14,938 nucleotides of DNA. Source: a virus (taxonomy: Duplodnaviria; Heunggongvirae; Uroviricota; Caudoviricetes). Under the pieces are notes generated by a model that did no database searches, had not been told where the DNA came from, and saw only the letters and a list, made by a program, of their open reading frames with translations. A program made the translations under genes and the position numbers. The stretch is taken from IMG/VR virus record IMGVR_UViG_2690316148_000003; one strand, given 5' to 3'. Positions within the stretch are counted from its first letter, which is position 1. Each line of letters begins with the position of its first letter. Shown piece by piece: positions 1 through 6,184 of this stretch.

Positions 1-60
1 GCAGGAGCTGCCCGGGGTGGGGCAGGAGCTGCCCTAGGGGGTGGGGCAGGAGCTGCCCCC
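1..60 (+). repeat. Three tandem direct repeats of about 21-24 bp (core GGGGCAGGAGCTGCCC), truncated by the window edge; iteron-like
   Basis: Seen directly: gcaggagctgccc (1-13), ggggtggggcaggagctgccc (14-34), tagggggtggggcaggagctgccc (35-58). Unit lengths are multiples of 3 and lie in frame with the partial ORF. Confidence 0.6.
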
Positions 61-480
61 AGAACCTATCACTCTTTTGAACCAGTCAATGAACCTAAAA
101 ACATTATGTTCGAACATGTCCGAACGGAGTGTGAAAAAACTCCTGACCGTCACGAAGAAACCGACAAGGCATTCGAGGAAATATTCTGGTGTGCAGGCAT
201 GCGGAAAGCCGGGAAGAAAAACGCAGCTTCGGCATTCAGAACACAGTTCAGGGAATGGCGTAAAACTACCAGGGGTACGGCAAGCGAGTTTGCCACGATG
301 CTGGCAGAAGACATCGCATGCAGGAATGGTAAGCAGTTCGGATTCGACAGGTTGTTACCGTCGAGCTACCTGAACGGTCAGCGCTGGAACGACGAGAAGC
401 CAGAAACCATTCAACCACAATCCAGACCATCATCCGCAATTACCGTATCGAAAACTGGCTACGTGTTTTTCGACAGGTGA
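1..480 (+). CDS. 5'-partial ORF; hypothetical replication-module protein with Gly/Ala-rich repeat region (internal ATG at 106)
   Basis: Frame 1 is open from the first base to the TGA at 478-480. The track ORF 106..480 is the same frame, with no stop between position 1 and 106. Frame-1 translation of 1-66 is AGAARGGAGAALGGGAGAAPRT. Position immediately upstream of the primase suggests a replication role; function not recognised. Confidence 0.4.
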   Translation, partial: AGAARGGAGAALGGGAGAAPRTYHSFEPVNEPKNIMFEHVRTECEKTPDRHEETDKAFEEIFWCAGMRKAGKKNAASAFRTQFREWRKTTRGTASEFATMLAEDIACRNGKQFGFDRLLPSSYLNGQRWNDEKPETIQPQSRPSSAITVSKTGYVFFDR

Positions 481-483
481 ACC

Positions 484-591
484 ATGAAATCAAAAATCAA
501 ATCGCTACTGGTCGCTGGTTATAACCACGGCTGGTTAAGTATTTCGTTTGTCGATTTCTGGTTTAAAAATCTCGACCTCAGCAGCCATTAG
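484..591 (+). CDS. Small ORF, 35 aa (MKSKIKSLLVAGYNHGWLSISFVDFWFKNLDLSSH), hypothetical
   Basis: ATG at 484 lies 4 nt after the upstream stop, with AGGTGA at 475-480 as a possible RBS. Below the ORF-track size cutoff. No recognisable family. Confidence 0.2.
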   Translation: MKSKIKSLLVAGYNHGWLSISFVDFWFKNLDLSSH

Positions 592-599
592 CTCCGTCA

Positions 600-617
600 A
601 TGGCGTTTAAACGCCAT
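600..617. promoter_or_regulatory. Perfect 18-bp palindrome ATGGCGTTTAAACGCCAT upstream of the primase-helicase gene
   Basis: Self-complementary as read; followed by an imperfect inverted repeat CAGACG...CGTCTG (about 618-652). Function (operator, terminator or origin element) not determinable from sequence. Confidence 0.5.
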
Positions 618-707
618 CAGACGCGCTGTAGTGCGATAAACGACGGTCTGACGAATACACAGGATAAAAAAATATTGCGTCAGAATGCGATTCAGGACGG
701 TTAAAGT

Positions 708-3614
708 ATGAGTCCATCAGAACTTAGCGACCTGCTTTGGGCGCAGGTTGACAGGGTGGCTCCGCACCTGTTGCCAAACGGCAAGAAAGAGGGGCATGAG
801 TGGGTTGCCGGTAACGTCAACGGTGACAAGGGAAACAGCCTTAAGGTCAACCTTAGCGGTAAGAAAAAATGGGCTGATTTCGCTGAGGGAGACGGCGGTG
901 ACATGCTTGATTTGTGGATGGCATGTCGTGGAATTAACCTGCATCAGGCTATGCAGGAAGCGAAAGCATTTCTCGGTATCAAGGATGACGATCACCATTT
1001 CGATGCCAGACGTGAGAAGAAATTCTCCAGACCTGATCGCAAGAAAATCGCCCACTACGTTACCAGAACAGAATCCCATCTTGAGTACCTGCAATCGCGT
1101 GGCATATCGCCAGAAGTCGTAAAGCGCTACGAGGTTGTCAGCGGCAAGGTGTGGAATGGAGAACGAGAACTGGATGCTCTGGTGCTTCCGTACAAACGCG
1201 ATGGTGAGTTGTTGCAGGTCAAGCGAATCAGCACTGAGCGCCCGGACGGGAAGAAAGTCATTATGGCAGAAGGTGATTGCGAACCTTGCCTGTTCGGATG
1301 GCAGGCTCTGGACGCTGGCGTGAGGGCGGTTGTGCTTTGCGAAGGCGAAATTGATTGTATGAGCTATGCGCAATACGGCATCTCGGCGTTATCCGTGCCG
1401 TTTGGTGGCGGGAAAGGCGCTAAGCAACAGTGGATTGAGTTTGAGTATCACAACCTCGACAGGTTTGAGGAAATATTCATCTCGATGGACGTTGATGATG
1501 TTGGTCGTGAAGCCGCAAGGGAAATCGCAAGCCGACTCGGTGAACATCGTTGCCGTCTTGTTACTCTGCCGTACAAAGACATCAACGAATGCCTGATGAA
1601 CGGTGTTACCGAGGATGAAATCTGGCAGTACATCGGCACGGCATCCTACTTCGATCCTGAAGAACTCTACAGCGCGCGCGAGTTTTACCAGGACACTATC
1701 AACGCTTTCTACGGCAAGCAGCAGTATCTGTTTAATCCACCGTGGGAATCTCTGGCAGATAAATTCCAGTTCCGTGAGGCAGAGTTGACGCTGGTCAATG
1801 GTGTGAACGGTCACGGAAAGGCATGCCCACTGAATGAGCCTATTCTTTTAGCTGATGGGACATGGACTACTCACGGGAATGTAAAAATTGGCGATCAGGT
1901 GGCGTCAGTAGACGGCAATCCGTCAACTGTCACTGGGATATTCCCGCAGGGTGTTAGAGATGTTTACCGAGTCACATTTGAAGATGGTCGTTATGTTGAT
2001 TGCGCAGGCGATCACCTATGGGAGGTCACTAGTCGTGGATTCACGAAAGGCGAGAAACGCCGCGTGATAGATACCTTCGGGTTGAAGCGGTTGAGTGAAA
2101 CGAAGAGGCACAAAAATGGCGTTAGGATTCCTGAAATAACTGGTGACTTTGGCGACCACTCAGAGCCATTAGCATGGGTTATCGGCTCCCTTCTCGGGGA
2201 TGGTAGTCTTAGCAATGGGAGCGTGAAGTTTTCAAACGTCGAGCCATACATGATCGAGCGTATGAAGGCTGAACTGCCTGATTACAACTTCTCTGGAGAT
2301 GGTAAGGACTGGCTGATATCAACGGCGCGTGGTCAGGTAAATCCACTCATGGAGACCCTGCGAGGTTATGGACTAATGGGGTGCACAGCAAAAAACAAAT
2401 TCATCCCTCGTGTGTTTTTTTCCGCAAATAAATCAACGCGTATAGGCATGCTGTGTGGTCTGCTTGAAACGGATGGGTATGTCGAGAAGGATGGAACGCT
2501 TGTTTTTTCCTCAGCAAGTGAAAAACTGCGCAATGGGGTTGTTCAACTGGTTAACTCACTCGGCGGGTCATGCCGGACGCGAGTTAAAACTGGCGTGACA
2601 TACACATACAAGGACGATAAGCGGCATGGGATGGATTCATACGAGGCAAGAATCAGACTGACAAGAGAAATCAGGGAGGCCATCCGTTCACCACGACTCA
2701 ATGGCAGATTAACTGCGCATCGATTCGAGGGCTGTGGGGTATTCGTCAGGAATGTTGAAAAAATCGGCAATGCAGAATGCTTGTGTATTATGGTCGATCA
2801 CCCTCGCCACCTGTATGTAACCAGGGGATATGTGGCGACGCATAACACCGAGGTTGTCGGGCATATGGCACTTGAGGCAATGCGTCAGGGTGTGAAGACG
2901 TGCATCGCGTCACTTGAGCTGAAGCCTGGTATTCTCCTTAAGCGACTTACCCGTCAGGCAACGTGCTGCAAGATGCCGCCAGTGCTGGAAATTGACTCTG
3001 CATTTAAATTTTATGACGAAAGACTTTGGGTGTTTGGCCTGACCGGAACGGCGAAAGCCGACAGGCTGATCGAAATATTCGACTACGCTCGCCGCCGATA
3101 CGGCATCCAGTTATTCATTATCGACAGCCTGATGAAATGCGGCATAGGTGACGATGACTATAACGGGCAGAAAGCGTTTGTTGACTCGATTTGTGACTTC
3201 AAAAACAAAACAAACTCCCACGTCATTCTCGTTACTCACTCCAGAAAAGGAGACAGCGAAGAAAAACCAACCGGGAAAATGGACGTGAAAGGCTCTGGAG
3301 CGATAACAGACCTGACAGACAACCTTTTCATCATCTGGCGTAACAAGGCTCGCGAGAGAGCGTTACAGAGAGTTCAGAGTGGTGAAAAGATGTCAGAGAA
3401 GGACGAACAGCTACTGGCGTCTCCTGCATCTGTTTTGATGCTTGAAAAACAACGTAACGGCGAAGGCTGGGAAGGTGGTGTTCCGTTGTTCCTTGACGAG
3501 CAATCGCACCAGTTCCTGCAACTTGAATCAGGATCGCCATATAGCTACATCGCCAATATGCCGAAATCGGAATATGACGAGGCGTGGCGACAGGAAAACG
3601 TGACGGAGTATTAA
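708..3614 (+). CDS. Bifunctional DNA primase / SF4 (DnaB-like, T7 gp4-type) replicative helicase, interrupted by an intein
   Basis: 968-aa ORF. N-terminal region has Toprim-like acidic motifs (LCEGEIDCMSYA, ISMDVDDVGREA). C-terminal half resembles the T7 gp4 helicase domain: Walker A GVNGHGK...T, then IIDSLMKCG and VTHSRKG-type motifs. In-frame stop at 702-704 fixes the start at 708. Confidence 0.9.
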   Translation: MSPSELSDLLWAQVDRVAPHLLPNGKKEGHEWVAGNVNGDKGNSLKVNLSGKKKWADFAEGDGGDMLDLWMACRGINLHQAMQEAKAFLGIKDDDHHFDARREKKFSRPDRKKIAHYVTRTESHLEYLQSRGISPEVVKRYEVVSGKVWNGERELDALVLPYKRDGELLQVKRISTERPDGKKVIMAEGDCEPCLFGWQALDAGVRAVVLCEGEIDCMSYAQYGISALSVPFGGGKGAKQQWIEFEYHNLDRFEEIFISMDVDDVGREAAREIASRLGEHRCRLVTLPYKDINECLMNGVTEDEIWQYIGTASYFDPEELYSAREFYQDTINAFYGKQQYLFNPPWESLADKFQFREAELTLVNGVNGHGKACPLNEPILLADGTWTTHGNVKIGDQVASVDGNPSTVTGIFPQGVRDVYRVTFEDGRYVDCAGDHLWEVTSRGFTKGEKRRVIDTFGLKRLSETKRHKNGVRIPEITGDFGDHSEPLAWVIGSLLGDGSLSNGSVKFSNVEPYMIERMKAELPDYNFSGDGKDWLISTARGQVNPLMETLRGYGLMGCTAKNKFIPRVFFSANKSTRIGMLCGLLETDGYVEKDGTLVFSSASEKLRNGVVQLVNSLGGSCRTRVKTGVTYTYKDDKRHGMDSYEARIRLTREIREAIRSPRLNGRLTAHRFEGCGVFVRNVEKIGNAECLCIMVDHPRHLYVTRGYVATHNTEVVGHMALEAMRQGVKTCIASLELKPGILLKRLTRQATCCKMPPVLEIDSAFKFYDERLWVFGLTGTAKADRLIEIFDYARRRYGIQLFIIDSLMKCGIGDDDYNGQKAFVDSICDFKNKTNSHVILVTHSRKGDSEEKPTGKMDVKGSGAITDLTDNLFIIWRNKARERALQRVQSGEKMSEKDEQLLASPASVLMLEKQRNGEGWEGGVPLFLDEQSHQFLQLESGSPYSYIANMPKSEYDEAWRQENVTEY
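1821..2846 (+). mobile_element. Intein (Hint domain plus LAGLIDADG homing-endonuclease domain) inserted in the helicase Walker A motif
   Basis: Insert lies between GVNGHGK and TEVVGHMALEAM. It begins ACPLNEPILLADG (Ala codon 1821-1823, Cys codon 1824-1826) and ends YVATHN (Asn codon 2844-2846), followed by Thr at +1. Two LAGLIDADG-type motifs: LAWVIGSLLGDGSL (about 2169-2210) and IGMLCGLLETDGYV (about 2442-2483). Block-B-like GRYVDCAGDHLW and block-F-like ECLCIMVDHPRHLY. N-terminal boundary uncertain by one codon (1821 or 1824). Confidence 0.7.
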
Positions 3615-3692
3615 ATGACCATCTACATCACTGAGCTAATAGCAGGCCTGCTGGTAATCGCAGGCCTTTTTATTTGGGGGAGAGGGAAGTGA
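3615..3692 (+). CDS. Small hydrophobic ORF, 25 aa (MTIYITELIAGLLVIAGLFIWGRGK); possible single-pass membrane peptide
   Basis: ATG at 3615 directly abuts the primase stop (TAAATG). Its stop overlaps the GTG start of the next ORF (GTGA at 3689-3692). Central stretch is uniformly hydrophobic. Confidence 0.3.
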   Translation: MTIYITELIAGLLVIAGLFIWGRGK

Positions 3693-3967
3693 ACGATAGC
3701 TACCGACAGTTTGAAAACTGGTGGTCAAAAGACAAAAGCCAGTTCACAGGAGACGATGAATTAAAAGAGTTTGCCTGGGTGATATGGCAGGCATCGCGAG
3801 CAGCTATTGAACTGGATATCGACTGGCCCGAATCGAATGACGACTTTTGGAAAGATGGTGAAGAAGGTGCTTATGCGATGGGTTATGAGGATGGGCGTGA
3901 CAAAACGGTAATTGCAGTAATGAAAGCCATCAGGGCCGCAGGAATCAAAGAAAAGAATTTCGATTAA
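3689..3967 (+). CDS. Hypothetical acidic protein (about 92 aa)
   Basis: Track ORF 3674..3967 uses a TTG start. GTG at 3689 is preceded by GGGGGAGAGGGAA (RBS-like). No family recognised. Confidence 0.5.
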   Translation: MNDSYRQFENWWSKDKSQFTGDDELKEFAWVIWQASRAAIELDIDWPESNDDFWKDGEEGAYAMGYEDGRDKTVIAVMKAIRAAGIKEKNFD

Positions 3968-4098
3968 GCAAATATCACTTCAATAAATCGCTTTTAAGGC
4001 ATCACAATCGCTCTGTAGCGAGGTAAACGCGTGCAAGGTATTTATATAGCAGCGAGAATGAAAAATGCGTCAGAATACGTTTGAGGAGGTTTTAAGAA

Positions 4099-4314
4099 AT
4101 GAGTTCGTTGACTGAGCTTGTCCGCGCCGACTTTCAGGAGAACATTGGTCGTGCAAAGCGGTACTGGTCTGCTTCCAGACTTCCGACTGGCGAGAGACAG
4201 AAAAACGCCCCTAAGCCACGGAGCTATCCGCGTGACCGCGTTCTTCGCCGGTTGGTTAAAATCGATAATGATTTTCAGTGTGACAGAATTATCCGGAGTC
4301 TGGATTTAAAGTGA
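4099..4314 (+). CDS. Hypothetical basic protein (71 aa)
   Basis: Strong RBS GAGGAGG at 4083-4089, 9 nt upstream of ATG 4099. No family recognised. Confidence 0.6.
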   Translation: MSSLTELVRADFQENIGRAKRYWSASRLPTGERQKNAPKPRSYPRDRVLRRLVKIDNDFQCDRIIRSLDLK

Positions 4315-4324
4315 AGGAGTGAGC

Positions 4325-4621
4325 ATGAGCAAAGTATCACGAGGAATGAAAATATCGCTTATTTTCATCCTTAATCCGCATCGTATCTTTTTGGCTTCAG
4401 CAGTATGGCTGTCATATTTTGTTTATTGGTTAGCAGATAAATTGGATGATTTTGCGAAATGGCTTGAGAATTTTGCGAATGCGAGGTTTGAGTCATGGCC
4501 GCTTATCGGAGAGAAGATGTCTGACGAATTAAACCGGTATTACGCGGATAAGCGCAAGGAGAAGAGCAGGAGGGCAAGTGAAGCAATTATTCCTGCTTCG
4601 CAACGAAGCAATCAGAAATAA
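4325..4621 (+). CDS. Hypothetical protein with hydrophobic N-terminal segment (about 98 aa)
   Basis: AAGGAG at 4314-4319, 5 nt upstream of ATG 4325 (track ORF starts at GTG 4319). 3' end overlaps the ninB start by about 44 nt. Confidence 0.5.
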   Translation: MSKVSRGMKISLIFILNPHRIFLASAVWLSYFVYWLADKLDDFAKWLENFANARFESWPLIGEKMSDELNRYYADKRKEKSRRASEAIIPASQRSNQK

Positions 4622-5024
4622 CGCCATAGACGCCATTCTCTCACTACCCATCGACGACAAGTCACCCCACGAAGTCCACGTTAGAGAACCCAAACGCAGC
4701 AAAGCGCAGAATGACCGTATGTGGCCGATGCTGAACGATGTTTCGCGTCAGGTGCTATGGCATGGTCAACGGCTGGCGCCGGAAGACTGGAAAGACCTGT
4801 TCACTGCCCTGTGGCTTAAGACCAAAAAACTGGAGCAACGAAGTGCGCCTGGTATCGGCGGTGGCGTTGTCATGCTTGGCGTGCGTACCAGCAAAATGCG
4901 AAAGGCCAGCATGACTGAGCTTATCGAAATCATGTTCTGGTTCGGCTCAGAGCGCAACGTGCGGTGGAGTGATAACTCCCGGCGAGAGTATGAATGGTCA
5001 CAACGAACAGGGAGGGCGGCATGA
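4578..5024 (+). CDS. ninB: NinB (Orf-family recombination protein)
   Basis: 148-aa product resembles phage lambda NinB as recalled ([32 protein letters not shown]-terminal GRAA). GTG start at 4578. Confidence 0.85.
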   Translation: MKQLFLLRNEAIRNNAIDAILSLPIDDKSPHEVHVREPKRSKAQNDRMWPMLNDVSRQVLWHGQRLAPEDWKDLFTALWLKTKKLEQRSAPGIGGGVVMLGVRTSKMRKASMTELIEIMFWFGSERNVRWSDNSRREYEWSQRTGRAA

Positions 5025-5197
5025 GGCGACAGCGACGAAGTATTACCGACATAATCTGTGAAAACTGCAAATACCTTCCAACGAAACGCTCCAGAAATAA
5101 ACGCAAGCCAATCCCAAAAGAATCTGACGTAAAAACCTTCAACTACACGGCTCACCTGTGGGATATCCGGTGGCTAAGACATCGTGCGAGGAAATGA
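5021..5197 (+). CDS. ninE: NinE-family protein
   Basis: ATG at 5021 overlaps the ninB stop (ATGA), with GGAGGG just upstream. Product [38 protein letters not shown] matches lambdoid NinE as recalled. Confidence 0.7.
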   Translation: MRRQRRSITDIICENCKYLPTKRSRNKRKPIPKESDVKTFNYTAHLWDIRWLRHRARK

Positions 5198-5238
5198 CTA
5201 TTTATCCGGTGCGCCGCCAGAATGACGGCGCGGTGTGG

Positions 5239-5547
5239 TTAAACGAAGCGGATCTGGAGTTTTTTTCCAGTAGCGCGGGCGAATTTTTTTAGGGTGGCAA
5301 ATGATGGGCCGCTGATACCTGATGCGAGATTACTTTCCATTCTGGTGATCGCGGTCGCTTTTGTTCCCATTCGCTCGGCAACTTCAGCCTGAGTTAAGCC
5401 AGCTTCTTTGCGTGCTGCCAGCATTTCATCAAGCAGTGCGAATTCGTCAGCGATAGCGTCGTATTCTGCTTTAAAAGCCGGGTCTTCCATCCATTTGGCT
5501 GCCATTTCGTCGTGTGTCATGGTGGGGAGAGTGCGTTTACCAGTCAT
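5239..5547 (-). CDS. HTH (XRE-type) antitoxin / addiction-module antidote protein, HigA-like
   Basis: 102-aa product has a C-terminal HTH (GLTQAEVAERMGTKATAITRMES). Strong SD GAAGGAGG upstream on the minus strand. Overlaps the upstream toxin ORF by 11 nt. Confidence 0.8.
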   Translation of the reverse strand: MTGKRTLPTMTHDEMAAKWMEDPAFKAEYDAIADEFALLDEMLAARKEAGLTQAEVAERMGTKATAITRMESNLASGISGPSFATLKKFARATGKKLQIRFV

Positions 5548-5866
5548 GCTTAACCTCCTTCATTCTGGTTTCAGCTTTCTTGCGTTCGGCTGGCGGTGTT
5601 TTCTGCGTTTTCTTTACAAAACTATGCAGCATGATGATGCGTTTCCCTGTCAGAGTGCAGTAAAAAACACGCGCGATCCCATCGTTGCCTTTAATTCTGA
5701 GTTCGAAAAGTCCGTCACCAAAGGCGCTGGTGTGAGGTTCTCCGAGATTGCTGCCATATATCTTCATACGTTCAACGAGATGTTGGTATCGGGCACGCAT
5801 ACTCAATGGAAGCCGATCGACTTCCAGCCTTACATCTTCACTGTAGTATTCGATAGTGTAGTTCAT
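5537..5866 (-). CDS. RelE/ParE-superfamily toxin (Gp49-like / HigB-like addiction-module killer protein)
   Basis: About 110 aa from the internal Met (MNYTIEYYSEDVRLEVDRLP...RVFYCTLTGKRIIMLHSFVKKTQKTPPAERKKAE). Toxin-first gene order, as in HigB/HigA modules. Start uncertain: ATG at 5866 or 5878; the track's longer N-terminal extension is unlikely. Confidence 0.75.
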   Translation of the reverse strand: MNYTIEYYSEDVRLEVDRLPLSMRARYQHLVERMKIYGSNLGEPHTSAFGDGLFELRIKGNDGIARVFYCTLTGKRIIMLHSFVKKTQKTPPAERKKAETRMKEVKHDW

Positions 5867-5876
5867 AGGTATCAAC

Positions 5877-5892
5877 ATAACAAAATTGTTAT
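5877..5892. promoter_or_regulatory. Inverted repeat ATAACAA-AA-TTGTTAT at the toxin start; candidate operator for antitoxin autoregulation
   Basis: 7-bp perfect arms with 2-bp spacer, seen directly. It overlaps the alternative toxin start codon and a TATAAC -10-like hexamer on the minus strand. Confidence 0.4.
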
Positions 5893-6001
5893 ATGCATTC
5901 AAGGCCTGTAGTTGACGACAACACATATCCGGGGCTATATTCCTCACGCGCCAGCAAAATCTGGCGTCGGGATTGGAACCCCGGATATCGAAACGGTGCA
6001 T

Positions 6002-6021
6002 ACCGCGCTGGCGGTTTTTTT
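6002..6021 (+). terminator. Candidate rho-independent terminator (plus orientation)
   Basis: ACCGC-GCTG-GCGGT hairpin followed by seven T (6015-6021). Short stem, so moderate confidence. Confidence 0.4.
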
Positions 6022-6184
6022 ATGCGCTAAGCACAGTCACATTCGCGATTTATGGCGGGCTGTGTGGGGGCACCGAAAGGTGCGCCGGATGTTTCGACCG
6101 GTAGTTCCAACCCTGCACAGTTCGCCACCCGATGATTGGAACCTGAAGGTGGTGAGGTAAAAATTATCGAAACGCGAGGTCGTT

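Noticed and set aside
1-60. Possible CRISPR array
   Set aside because: Only about three short repeats directly abutting each other with no unique spacers; they are in frame within an ORF. Not CRISPR-like.
41-373. Plus-strand ORF of 110 aa in a second frame at the window start
   Set aside because: It overlaps the frame-1 ORF that is open from the window edge. Its N-terminus is just the repeat array read in another frame.
717-1814. Minus-strand ORFs of 218 aa (717..1373) and 141 aa (1389..1814) inside the primase gene
   Set aside because: They lie entirely antisense to a long, well-supported plus-strand gene, and have no RBS or recognisable product. Typical shadow ORFs.
4118-4309. Alternative-frame ORF of 63 aa overlapping the 4099..4314 ORF
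   Set aside because: It has no RBS, whereas the 4099 frame has a strong GAGGAGG at ideal spacing.
5537-6001. Long (154 aa) version of the toxin ORF starting at 6001
   Set aside because: The N-terminal 45 residues would run through the operator-like inverted repeat and promoter region, and RelE/ParE-type toxins are about 90-110 aa. An internal Met start (5866 or 5878) is preferred.
5912-6160. Plus-strand ORF of 82 aa in the intergenic region
   Set aside because: TTG start, no RBS, and it spans a hairpin plus T-run terminator and several stable stem-loops. More likely structured non-coding sequence.
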